Assembly: GCF_009914755.1 (NCBI RefSeq)
Contig: NC_060928.1
Source: the human T2T-CHM13v2.0 reference genome, Homo sapiens
DNA: 64,000 nucleotides
Reading direction: 5' to 3' (one strand)
Shown here piece by piece: positions 45,864-59,344 of this stretch (its first letter is position 1; every line of letters begins with the position of its first letter). Below the pieces are notes generated by a model, which made no database searches, had not been told where the DNA came from, and saw nothing but the letters and a program-made list of their open reading frames with translations. The translations under genes and the position numbers were made by a program.

Positions 45864-48800
45864 TTGTATATGTATACAGTATACACTTGTATATATGTAT
45901 ATATATGTGTATTTTGAAGTACTTTTGTAGCCTCCAAGTGTGTCTGTATATTGTATATGTATACAGTATACACTTGTATATATGTATATATATGTGTATT
46001 TTGAAGTACTTTTGTAGCCTCCAAGTGTGTCTGTATATTGTATATGTATACAGCATACACTTGTATATATGTATATATATGTGTATTTTGAAGTACTTTT
46101 GTAGCCTCCAAGTGTGTCTGTATATTGTATATGTATACAGCATACACTTGTATATATGTATATATATGTGTATTTTGAAGTACTTTTGTAGCCTCCAAGT
46201 GTGTCTGTATATTGTATATGTATACAGTATACACTTGTATATATGTATATATATGTGTATTTTGAAGTACTTTTGTAGCCTCCAAGTGTGTCTGTATATT
46301 GTATATGTATACAGTATACACTTGTATATATGTATATATATGTGTATTTTGAAGTACTTTTGTAGCCTCCAAGTGTGTCTGTATATTGTATATGTATACA
46401 GCATACACTTGTATATATGTATATATATGTGTATTTTGAAGTACTTTTGTAGCCTCCAAGTGTGTCTGTATATTGTATATGTATACAGCATACACTTGTA
46501 TATATGTATATATATGTGTATTTTGAAGTACTTTTGTAGCCTCCAAGTGTGTCTGTATATTGTATATGTATACAGTATACACTTGTATATATGTATATAT
46601 ATGTGTATTTTGAAGTACTTTTGTAGCCTCCAAGTGTGTCTGTATATTGTATATGTATACAGCATACACTTGTATATATGTATATATATGTGTATTTTGA
46701 AGTACTTTTGTAGCCTCCAAGTGTGTCTGTATATTGTATATGTATACAGTATACACTTGTATATATGTATATATATGTGTATTTTGAAGTACTTTTGTAG
46801 CCTCCAAGTGTGTCTGTATATTGTATATGTATACAGTATACACTTGTATATATGTATATATATGTGTATTTTGAAGTACTTTTGTAGCCTCCAAGTGTGT
46901 CTGTATATTGTATATGTATACAGTATACACTTGTATATATGTATATATATGTGTATTTTGAAGTACTTTTGTAGCCTCCAAGTGTGTCTGTATATTGTAT
47001 ATGTATACAGTATACACTTGTATATATGTATATATATGTGTATTTTGAAGTACTTTTGTAGCCTCCAAGTGTGTCTGTATATTGTATATGTATACAGCAT
47101 ACACTTGTATATATGTATATATATGTGTATTTTGAAGTACTTTTGTAGCCTCCAAGTGTGTCTGTATATTGTATATGTATACAGCATACACTTGTATATA
47201 TGTATATATATGTGTATTTTGAAGTACTTTTGTAGCCTCCAAGTGTGTCTGTATATTGTATATGTATACAGTATACACTTGTATATATGTATATATATGT
47301 GTATTTTGAAGTACTTTTGTAGCCTCCAAGTGTGTCTGTATATTGTATATGTATACAGTATACACTTGTATATATGTATATATATGTGTATTTTGAAGTA
47401 CTTTTGTAGCCTCCAAGTGTGTCTGTATATTGTATATGTATACAGCATACACTTGTATATATGTATATATATGTGTATTTTGAAGTACTTTTGTAGCCTC
47501 CAAGTGTGTCTGTATATTGTATATGTATACAGCATACACTTGTATATATGTATATATATGTGTATTTTGAAGTACTTTTGTAGCCTCCAAGTGTGTCTGT
47601 ATATTGTATATGTATACAGTATACACTTGTATATATGTATATATATGTGTATTTTGAAGTACTTTTGTAGCCTCCAAGTGTGTCTGTATATTGTATATGT
47701 ATACAGCATACACTTGTATATATGTATATATATGTGTATTTTGAAGTACTTTTGTAGCCTCCAAGTGTGTCTGTATATTGTATATGTATACAGTATACAC
47801 TTGTATATTTGTATATATATGTGTATTTTGAAGTACTTTTGTAGCCTCCAAGTGTGTCTGTATATTGTATATGTATACAGTATACACTTGTATATATGTA
47901 TATATATGTGTATTTTGAAGTACTTTTGTAGCCTCCAAGTGTGTCTGTATATTGTATATGTATACAGTATACACTTGTATATATGTATATATATGTGTAT
48001 TTTGAAGTACTTTTGTAGCCTCCAAGTGTGTCTGTAATTGTATATGTATACAGTATACACTTGTATATATGTATATATATGTGTATTTTGAAGTACTTTT
48101 GTAGCCTCCAAGTGTGTCTGTATATTGTATATGTATACAGTATACACTTGTATATATGTATATATATGTGTATTTTGAAGTACTTTTGTAGCCTCCAAGT
48201 GTGTCTGTATATTGTATATGTATACAGCATACACTTGTATATATGTATATATATGTGTATTTTGAAGTACTTTTGTAGCCTCCAAGTGTGTCTGTATATT
48301 GTATATGTATACAGTATACACTTGTATATATGTATATATATGTGTATTTTGAAGTACTTTTGTAGCCTCCAAGTGTGTCTGTATATTGTATATGTATACA
48401 GTATACACTTGTATATATGTATATATATGTGTATTTTGAAGTACTTTTGTAGCCTCCAAGTGTGTCTGTATATTGTATATGTATACAGTATACACTTGTA
48501 TATATGTATATATATGTGTATTTTGAAGTACTTTTGTAGCCTCCAAGTGTGTCTGTATATTGTATATGTATACAGTATACACTTGTATATATGTATATAT
48601 ATGTGTATTTTGAAGTACTTTTGTAGCCTCCAAGTGTGTCTGTATATTGTATATGTATACAGCATACACTTGTATATATGTATATATATGTGTATTTTGA
48701 AGTACTTTTGTAGCCTCCAAGTGTGTCTGTATATTGTATATGTATACAGTATACACTTGTATATATGTATATATATGTGTATTTTGAAGTACTTTTGTAG

Positions 48801-51800
48801 CCTCCAAGTGTGTCTGTATATTGTATATGTATACAGTATACACTTGTATATATGTATATATATGTGTATTTTGAAGTACTTTTGTAGCCTCCAAGTGTGT
48901 CTGTATATTGTATATGTATACAGCATACACTTGTATATATGTATATATATGTGTATTTTGAAGTACTTTTGTAGCCTCCAAGTGTGTCTGTATATTGTAT
49001 ATGTATACAGCATACACTTGTATATATGTATATATATGTGTATTTTGAAGTACTTTTGTAGCCTCCAAGTGTGTCTGTATATTGTATATGTATACAGTAT
49101 ACACTTGTATATATGTATATATATGTGTATTTTGAAGTACTTTTGTAGCCTCCAAGTGTGTCTGTATATTGTATATGTATACAGCATACACTTGTATATA
49201 TGTATATATATGTGTATTTTGAAGTACTTTTGTAGCCTCCAAGTGTGTCTGTATATTGTATATGGATACAGTATACACTTGTATATATGTATATATATGT
49301 GTATTTGAAGTACTTTTGTAGCCTCCAAGTGTGTCTGTATATTGTATATGTATACAGTATACACTTGTATATATGTATATATATGTGTATTTTGAAGTAC
49401 TTTTGTAGCCTCCAAGTGTGTCTGTATATTGTATATGTATACAGCATACACTTGTATATATGTATATATATGTGTATTTTGAAGTACTTTTGTAGCCTCC
49501 AAGTGTGTCTGTATATTGTATATGTATACAGCATACACTTGTATATATGTATATATATGTGTATTTTGAAGTACTTTTGTAGCCTCCAAGTGTGTCTGTA
49601 TATTGTATATGTATACAGTATACACTTGTATATATGTATATATATGTGTATTTTGAAGTACTTTTGTAGCCTCCAAGTGTGTCTGTATATTGTATATGTA
49701 TACAGCATACACTTGTATATATGTATATATATGTGTATTTTGAAGTACTTTTGTAGCCTCCAAGTGTGTCTGTATATTGTATATGTATACAGTATACACT
49801 TGTATATATGTATATATATGTGTATTTTGAAGTACTTTTGTAGCCTCCAAGTGTGTCTGTATATTGTATATGTATACAGTATACACTTGTATATATGTAT
49901 ATATATGTGTATTTTGAAGTACTTTTGTAGCCTCCAAGTGTGTCTGTATATTGTATATGTATACAGCATACACTTGTATATATGTATATATATGTGTATT
50001 TTGAAGTACTTTTGTAGCCTCCAAGTGTGTCTGTATATTGTATATGTATACAGTATACACTTGTATATATGTATATATATGTGTATTTTGAAGTACTTTT
50101 GTAGCCTCCAAGTGTGTCTGTATATTGTATATGTATACAGTATACACTTGTATATATGTATATATATGTGTATTTTGAAGTACTTTTGTAGCCTCCAAGT
50201 GTGTCTGTATATTGTATATGTATACAGTATACACTTGTATATATGTATATATATGTGTATTTTGAAGTACTTTTGTAGCCTCCAAGTGTGTCTGTATATT
50301 GTATATGTATACAGTATACACTTGTATATATGTATATATATGTGTATTTTGAAGTACTTTTGTAGCCTCCAAGTGTGTCTGTATATTGTATATGTATACA
50401 GCATACACTTGTATATATGTATATATATGTGTATTTTGAAGTACTTTTGTAGCCTCCAAGTGTGTCTGTATATTGTATATGTATACAGTATACACTTGTA
50501 TATATGTATATATATGTGTATTTTGAAGTACTTATGTAGCCTCCAAGTGTGTCTGTATATTGTATATGTATACAGTATACACTTGTATATATGTATATAT
50601 ATGTGTATTTTGAAGTACTTTTGTAGCCTCCAAGTGTGTCTGTATATTGTATATGTATACAGCATACACTTGTATATATGTATATATATGTGTATTTTGA
50701 AGTACTTTTGTAGCCTCCAAGTGTGTCTGTATATTGTATATGTATACAGCATACACTTGTATATATGTATATATATGTGTATTTTGAAGTACTTTTGTAG
50801 CCTCCAAGTGTGTCTGTATATTGTATATGTATACAGTATACACTTGTATATATGTATATATATGTGTATTTTGAAGTACTTTTGTAGCCTCCAAGTGTGT
50901 CTGTATATTGTATATGTATACAGCATACACTTGTATATATGTATATATATGTGTATTTTGAAGTACTTTTGTAGCCTCCAAGTGTGTCTGTATATTGTAT
51001 ATGTATACAGTATACACTTGTATATATGTATATATATGTGTATTTTGAAGTACTTTTGTAGCCTCCAAGTGTGTCTGTATATTGTATATGTATACAGCAT
51101 ACACTTGTATATATGTATATATATGTGTATTTTGAAGTACTTTTGTAGCCTCCAAGTGTGTCTGTATATTGTATATGTATACAGTATACACTTGTATATA
51201 TGTATATATATGTGTATTTTGAAGTACTTTTGTAGCCTCCAAGTGTGTCTGTATATTGTATATGTATACAGTATACACTTGTATATATGTATATATATGT
51301 GTATTTTGAAGTACTTTTGTAGCCTCCAAGTGTGTCTGTATATTGTATATGTATACAGTATACACTTGTATATATGTATATATATGTGTATTTTGAAGTA
51401 CTTTTGTAGCCTCCAAGTGTGTCTGTATATTGTATATGTATACAGCATACACTTGTATATATGTATATATATGTGTATTTTGAAGTACTTTTGTAGCCTC
51501 CAAGTGTGTCTGTATATTGTATATGTATACAGCATACACTTGTATATATGTATATATATGTGTATTTTGAAGTACTTTTGTAGCCTCCAAGTGTGTCTGT
51601 ATATTGTATATGTATACAGTATACACTTGTATATATGTATATATATGTGTATTTTGAAGTACTTTTGTAGCCTCCAAGTGTGTCTGTATATTGTATATGT
51701 ATACAGCATACACTTGTATATATGTATATATATGTGTATTTTGAAGTACTTTTGTAGCCTCCAAGTGTGTCTGTATATTGTATATGTATACAGTATACAC

Positions 51801-54800
51801 TTGTATATATGTATATATATGTGTATTTTGAAGTACTTTTGTAGCCTCCAAGTGTGTCTGTATATTGTATATGTATACAGTATACACTTGTATATATGTA
51901 TATATATGTGTATTTTGAAGTACTTTTGTAGCCTCCAAGTGTGTCTGTATATTGTATATGTATACAGTATACACTTGTATATATGTATATATATGTGTAT
52001 TTTGAAGTACTTTTGTAGCCTCCAAGTGTGTCTGTATATTGTATATGTATACAGCATACACTTGTATATATGTATATATATGTGTATTTTGAAGTACTTT
52101 TGTAGCCTCCAAGTGTGTCTGTATATTGTATATGTATACAGCATACACTTGTATATATGTATATATATGTGTATTTTGAAGTACTTTTGTAGCCTCCAAG
52201 TGTGTCTGTATATTGTATATGTATACAGCATACACTTGTATATATGTATATATATGTGTATTTTGAAGTACTTTTGTAGCCTCCAAGTGTGTCTGTATAT
52301 TGTATATGTATACAGTATACACTTGTATATATGTATATATATGTGTATTTTGAAGTACTTTTGTAGCCTCCAAGTGTGTCTGTATATTGTATATGTATAC
52401 AGTATACACTTGTATATATGTATATATATGTGTATTTTGAAGTACTTTTGTAGCCTCCAAGTGTGTCTGTATATTGTATATGTATACAGCATACACTTGT
52501 ATATATGTATATATATGTGTATTTTGAAGTACTTTTGTAGCCTCCAAGTGTGTCTGTATATTGTATATGTATACAGTATACACTTGTATATATGTATATA
52601 TATGTGTATTTTGAAGTACTTATGTAGCCTCCAAGTGTGTCTGTATATTGTATATGTATACAGTATACACTTGTATATATGTATATATATGTGTATTTTG
52701 AAGTACTTTTGTAGCCTCCAAGTGTGTCTGTATATTGTATATGTATACAGCATACACTTGTATATATGTATATATATGTGTATTTTGAAGTACTTTTGTA
52801 GCCTCCAAGTGTGTCTGTATATTGTATATGTATACAGCATACACTTGTATATATGTATATATATGTGTATTTTGAAGTACTTTTGTAGCCTCCAAGTGTG
52901 TCTGTATATTGTATATGTATACAGTATACACTTGTATATATGTATATATATGTGTATTTTGAAGTACTTTTGTAGCCTCCAAGTGTGTCTGTATATTGTA
53001 TATGTATACAGCATACACTTGTATATATGTATATATATGTGTATTTTGAAGTACTTTTGTAGCCTCCAAGTGTGTCTGTATATTGTATATGTATACAGCA
53101 TACACTTGTATATATGTATATATATGTGTATTTTGAAGTACTTTTGTAGCCTCCAAGTGTGTCTGTATATTGTATATGTATACAGTATACACTTGTATAT
53201 ATGTATATATATGTGTATTTTGAAGTACTTTTGTAGCCTCCAAGTGTGTCTGTATATTGTATATGTATACAGTATACACTTGTATATATGTATATATATG
53301 TGTATTTTGAAGTACTTTTGTAGCCTCCAAGTGTGTCTGTATATTGTATATGTATACAGTATACACTTGTATATATGTATATATATGTGTATTTTGAAGT
53401 ACTTTTGTAGCCTCCAAGTGTGTCTGTATATTGTATATGTATACAGCATACACTTGTATATATGTATATATATGTGTATTTTGAAGTACTTTTGTAGCCT
53501 CCAAGTGTGTCTGTATATTGTATATGTATACAGCATACACTTGTATATATGTATATATATGTGTATTTTGAAGTACTTTTGTAGCCTCCAAGTGTGTCTG
53601 TATATTGTATATGTATACAGTATACACTTGTATATATGTATATATATGTGTATTTTGAAGTACTTTTGTAGCCTCCAAGTGTGTCTGTATATTGTATATG
53701 TATACAGCATACACTTGTATATATGTATATATATGTGTATTTTGAAGTACTTTTGTAGCCTCCAAGTGTGTCTGTATATTGTATATGTATACAGTATACA
53801 CTTGTATATATGTATATATATGTGTATTTTGAAGTACTTTTGTAGCCTCCAAGTGTGTCTGTATATTGTATATGTATACAGTATACACTTGTATATATGT
53901 ATATATATGTGTATTTTGAAGTACTTTTGTAGCCTCCAAGTGTGTCTGTATATTGTATATGTATACAGTATACACTTGTATATATGTATATATATGTGTA
54001 TTTTGAAGTACTTTTGTAGCCTCCAAGTGTGTCTGTATATTGTATATGTATACAGTATACACTTGTATATATGTATATATATGTGTATTTTGAAGTACTT
54101 TTGTAGCCTCCAAGTGTGTCTGTATATTGTATATGTATACAGCATACACTTGTATATATGTATATATATGTGTATTTTGAAGTACTTTTGTAGCCTCCAA
54201 GTGTGTCTGTATATTGTATATGTATACAGTATACACTTGTATATATGTATATATATGTGTATTTTGAAGTACTTTTGTAGCCTCCAAGTGTGTCTGTATA
54301 TTGTATATGTATACAGTATACACTTGTATATATGTATATATATGTGTATTTTGAAGTACTTTTGTAGCCTCCAAGTGTGTCCGTATATTGTATATGTATA
54401 CAGTATACACTTGTATATATGTATATATATGTGTATTTTGAAGTACTTTTGTAGCCTCCAAGTGTGTCTGTATATTGTATATGTATACAGTATACACTTG
54501 TATATATGTATATATATGTGTATTTTGAAGTACTTTTGTAGCCTCCAAGTGTGTCTGTATATTGTATATGTATACAGTATACACTTGTATATATGTATAT
54601 ATATGTGTATTTTGAAGTACTTTTGTAGCCTCCAAGTGTGTCTGTATATTGTATATGTATACAGCATACACTTGTATATATGTATATATATGTGTATTTT
54701 GAAGTACTTTTGTAGCCTCCAAGTGTGTCTGTATATTGTATATGTATACAGTATACACTTGTATATATGTATATATATGTGTATTTTGAAGTACTTTTGT

Positions 54801-57558
54801 AGCCTCCAAGTGTGTCTGTATATTGTATATGTATACAGTATACACTTGTATATATGTATATATATGTGTATTTTGAAGTACTTTTGTAGCCTCCAAGTGT
54901 GTCTGTATATTGTATATGTATACAGCATACACTTGTATATATGTATATATATGTGTATTTTGAAGTACTTTTGTAGCCTCCAAGTGTGTCTGTATATTGT
55001 ATATGTATACAGTATACACTTGTATATATGTATATATATGTGTATTTTGAAGTACTTTTGTAGCCTCCAAGTGTGTCTGTATATTGTATATGTATACAGT
55101 ATACACTTGTATATATGTATATATATGTGTATTTTGAAGTACTTTTGTAGCCTCCAAGTGTGTCTGTATATTGTATATGTATACAGCATACACTTGTATA
55201 TATGTATATATATGTGTATTTTGAAGTACTTTTGTAGCCTCCAAGTGTGTCTGTATATTGTATATGTATACAGTATACACTTGTATATATGTATATATAT
55301 GTGTATTTTGAAGTACTTTTGTAGCCTCCAAGTGTGTCTGTATATTGTATATGTATACAGTATACACTTGTATATATGTATATATATGTGTATTTTGAAG
55401 TACTTTTGTAGCCTCCAAGTGTGTCTGTATATTGTATATGTATACAGCATACACTTGTATATATGTATATATATGTGTATTTTGAAGTACTTTTGTAGCC
55501 TCCAAGTGTGTCTGTATATTGTATATGTATACAGCATACACTTGTATATATGTATATTATATGTGTATTTTGAAGTACTTTTGTAGCCTCCAAGTGTGTC
55601 TGTATATTGTATATGTATACAGTATACACTTGTATATATGTATATATATGTGTATTTTGAAGTACTTTTGTAGCCTCCAAGTGTGTCTGTATATTGTATA
55701 TGTATACAGCATACACTTGTATATATGTATATATATGTGTATTTTGAAGTACTTTTGTAGCCTCCAAGTGTGTCTGTATATTGTATATGTATACAGTATA
55801 CACTTGTATATATGTATATATATGTGTATTTTGAAGTACTTTTGTAGCCTCCAAGTGTGTCTGTATATTGTATATGTATACAGTATACACTTGTATATAT
55901 GTATATATATGTGTATTTTGAAGTACTTTTGTAGCCTCCAAGTGTGTCTGTATATTGTATATGTATACAGCATACACTTGTATATATGTATATATATGTG
56001 TATTTTGAAGTACTTTTGTAGCCTCCAAGTGTGTCTGTATATTGTATATGTATACAGTATACACTTGTATATATGTATATATATGTGTATTTTGAAGTAC
56101 TTTTGTAGCCTCCAAGTGTGTCTGTATATTGTATATGTATACAGTATACACTTGTATATATGTATATATATGTGTATTTTGAAGTACTTTTGTAGCCTCC
56201 AAGTGTGTCCGTATATTGTATATGTATACAGTATACACTTGTATATATGTATATATATGTGTATTTTGAAGTACTTTTGTAGCCTCCAAGTGTGTCTGTA
56301 TATTGTATATGTATACAGTATACACTTGTATATATGTATATATATGTGTATTTTGAAGTACTTTTGTAGCCTCCAAGTGTGTCTGTATATTGTATATGTA
56401 TACAGTATACACTTGTATATATGTATATATATGTGTATTTTGAAGTACTTTTGTAGCCTCCAAGTGTGTCTGTATATTGTATATGTATACAGCATACACT
56501 TGTATATATGTATATATATGTGTATTTTGAAGTACTTTTGTAGCCTCCAAGTGTGTCTGTATATTGTATATGTATACAGTATACACTTGTATATATGTAT
56601 ATATATGTGTATTTTGAAGTACTTATGTAGTCTCCAAGTGTGTCTGTATATTGTATATGTATACAGTATACACTTGTATATATGTATATATATGTGTATT
56701 TTGAAGTACTTTTGTAGCCTCCAAGTGTGTCTGTATATTGTATATGTATACAGCATACACTTGTATATATGTATATATATGTGTATTTTGAAGTACTTTT
56801 GTAGCCTCCAAGTGTGTCTGTATATTGTATATGTATACAGCATACACTTGTATATATGTATATATATGTGTATTTTGAAGTACTTTTGTAGCCTCCAAGT
56901 GTGTCTGTATATTGTATATGTATACAGTATACACTTGTATATATGTATATATATGTGTATTTTGAAGTACTTTTGTAGCCTCCAAGTGTGTCTGTATATT
57001 GTATATGTATACAGCATACACTTGTATATATGTATATATATGTGTATTTTGAAGTACTTTTGTAGCCTCCAAGTGTGTCTGTATATTGTATATGTATACA
57101 GTATACACTTGTATATATGTATATATATGTGTATTTTGAAGTACTTTTGTAGCCTCCAAGTGTGTCTGTATATTGTATATGTATACAGCATACACTTGTA
57201 TATATGTATATATATGTGTATTTTGAAGTACTTTTGTAGCCTCCAAGTGTGTCTGTATATTGTATATGTATACAGCATACACTTGTATATATGTATATAT
57301 ATGTGTATTTTGAAGTACTTTTGTAGCCTCCAAGTGTGTCTGTATATTGTATATGTATACAGTATACACTTGTATATATGTATATATATGTGTATTTTGA
57401 AGTACTTTTGTAGCCTCCAAGTGTGTCTGTATATTGTATATGTATACAGTATACACTTGTATATATGTATATATATGTGTATTTTGAAGTACTTTTGTAG
57501 CCTCCAAGTGTGTCTGTATATTGTATATGTATACAGTATACACTTGTATATATGTATA
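45818..57558 (+). repeat. 87-bp minisatellite/VNTR array, 135 copies (~28% GC)
   Basis: Unit ATGTGTATTTTGAAGTACTTTTGTAGCCTCCAAGTGTGTCTGTATATTGTATATGTATACAG(T/C)ATACACTTGTATATATGTATATAT. The last unit starts at 57475 = 134x87 minus 1 net indel. Confidence 0.99.
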
Positions 57559-57847
57559 CAGATACCCTTGGAGGCTACCAAAGTACTTCAAAATACACAC
57601 GCAAAAAACTAAATTCATAGTCTCTGCTTTATAATTATTTCACTTTCAGCACTTCTGATCTTGCTTAATGATAAGAGCATTGATTCCGCTTTGTATGCCG
57701 GAAACCCAACATTCATCTTTGACACAGTCTCTCCCTTCTCTCTGTGTTTATTTTTAAATTATCTTCATTCCTTTCTATTTCTGCTGACCCATGTTAGTCA
57801 AAGCTAACAATTTGTTTTGAATCATTAAAGTGCCATCCAAACAGATT
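57555..57847 (+). repeat. Right arm of the ~290-bp inverted repeat; L2-like sequence
   Basis: Reverse complement of 45573-45863. 'cttggaggctaccaaagtacttcaaaatacacacgcaaaaaactaaattcat' and 'gccggaaacccaacattcatctttgacacagtctctccct' resemble the L2 3' region. Confidence 0.95.
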
Positions 57848-58004
57848 CTCCATGTGTACTCTGGGCCTTCATCAATCTTTATAATGTAACCAATATTATC
57901 TTTTCAATAGAAACTGGTAAAGATTTAATTAACCCCAACCATTCTTTTCATCACTCTATTCTTTATTACCCCCCTTTTACTTCAGGAAAAGTTTGCACTT
58001 TTAA

Positions 58005-58330
58005 ATCTAAATTAAATATAAATAACATAATAATTATTATATTATATATTGTTTATATATAATATAACTTATATTTATTAAATATAAACAGCTTATTTGT
58101 ATTTAATTGTTTATATTTTTAATTAAATATTATTTGATGAATAATAAATATAAATAACTTATAATAATATATTATATATTATGTATATAACTTATGTTAA
58201 TTAAATATAAACATTATTTGTATTTGTTTATATTTTTAAATTAAATATATTATTTAATAATAAATTAAGTATAAACAATTAATATATGGTAATAGGTACA
58301 TATGTTATCTATTTGTTTATTTATTTTTAA
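58005..58330. repeat. Very AT-rich low-complexity tract with an imperfect internal duplication
   Basis: 'taaatataaaca..ttatttgtattt..gtttatattttta' occurs at ~58079 and ~58202. Confidence 0.7.
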
Positions 58331-58938
58331 TAGGAGAAAAAGGCATACAAAATTTATTTAATGTACATAAGCAAGGGTAATCACAGGAAAATGATTACCT
58401 GATAACCCAATGAGGTCCAGATGCTTACATACCCTTCTTTATAGAGCAAGGGGTAAATAACAAAGTTCCTTTGAGCTCTGAGGGAGATGGTGAGAAAGCA
58501 AGTGGCAGAGCGTCACTGTGAACAAAGGTAGTCTTTTTATCCAGATAAAGCTTCCCAGGTAATCTCTTTGAGCTGCCCTCAGAAGCATAGAAGAGAGGTC
58601 TGTCTAGGTGTGGTGATGATTCTCAGTCTCTTTTCTTCTCTGGTGGTTAATCTTTTCTGGTTATTTGATGTGATTCTTAGGAAGGGTTTTGTTTTTTTTT
58701 TTTTTAAACAATTGCATTTCTTTTGGAAAGCAGCTTTCTTAGTCAGAAAAGGAAATTCTAGAGAGAGCCCTTTTTTTCTTCATGAAGAAAAAAGATCAGA
58801 GAGACAGGGAGGAGGGGAAAGGTCAGAGAAAGACCTTGGTTCTGAGGCTTGTTTCTAAAGATCCTTCAATTTTCTTTAATTCCAAGCACTCACATGCCAA
58901 GGTGTCATATTTTGGGGTATTGCTTTCTGTACCCAACA
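58330..58938 (-). mobile_element. ERV1 (MER4-group, MER31/MER67-like) LTR
   Basis: Minus strand begins TGTTGGGTACAGAAAGCAATACCCCAAAATATGACACCTTGGCATG. Confidence 0.7.
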
Positions 58939-59344
58939 GGCCTCACAACTACATTTTCAAGATCTATTCTTTTGTTTTAAACTTAGGTTTTCTGTCCTTT
59001 AAAGGTACTCTGTGGTCTATATAAATGTAAGTAACTTAATACCTATTGTGGGTAATGTCAACTATTTTGTAATAAGATAGAAAAAGATTATAAAGCATCA
59101 CCTAAGTTCTTAAAAGGAAGTCTGAATGGAAAGGACTACTTCTTCATCTATAAAGAGGGTAAGTTTTGAAGAGTCTCTCTGTCACTCAGAAATAAGATCC
59201 AAAGGGAGAAAGAAGTTCAGTAAGGTTTCCAGTAACTTCCAGCTATTAACACAAAATGGAGGGAGTCAGGAAGTTAGATAAGGCAACTGCTTTTAAGGTT
59301 TTATTTTGTTAGATTGCGACATTAGTAGTTTTCCCAAGCTCATT

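Noticed and set aside
48030-55560. Single-base indels at ~48036, ~49304 and ~55558 as programmed frameshifts
   Set aside because: Singletons in T runs or TA tracts; ordinary slippage or residual sequencing error.
45818-57558. CRISPR array
   Set aside because: Units are contiguous with no unique spacers, there are no cas genes, and the context is primate.
45784-57618. Giant ORFs (331-3600 aa) as protein-coding genes
   Set aside because: They are translations of a 29-codon-period repeat in several overlapping frames, switch frame at single-base indels, and show no domain, promoter or codon-level constraint.
45573-57847. Terminal-inverted-repeat or foldback DNA transposon
   Set aside because: No target-site duplication (left flank ...CTGTAT, right flank CTCCAT...), no transposase, and the arms resemble local L2 sequence. 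A local inverted duplication is simpler.
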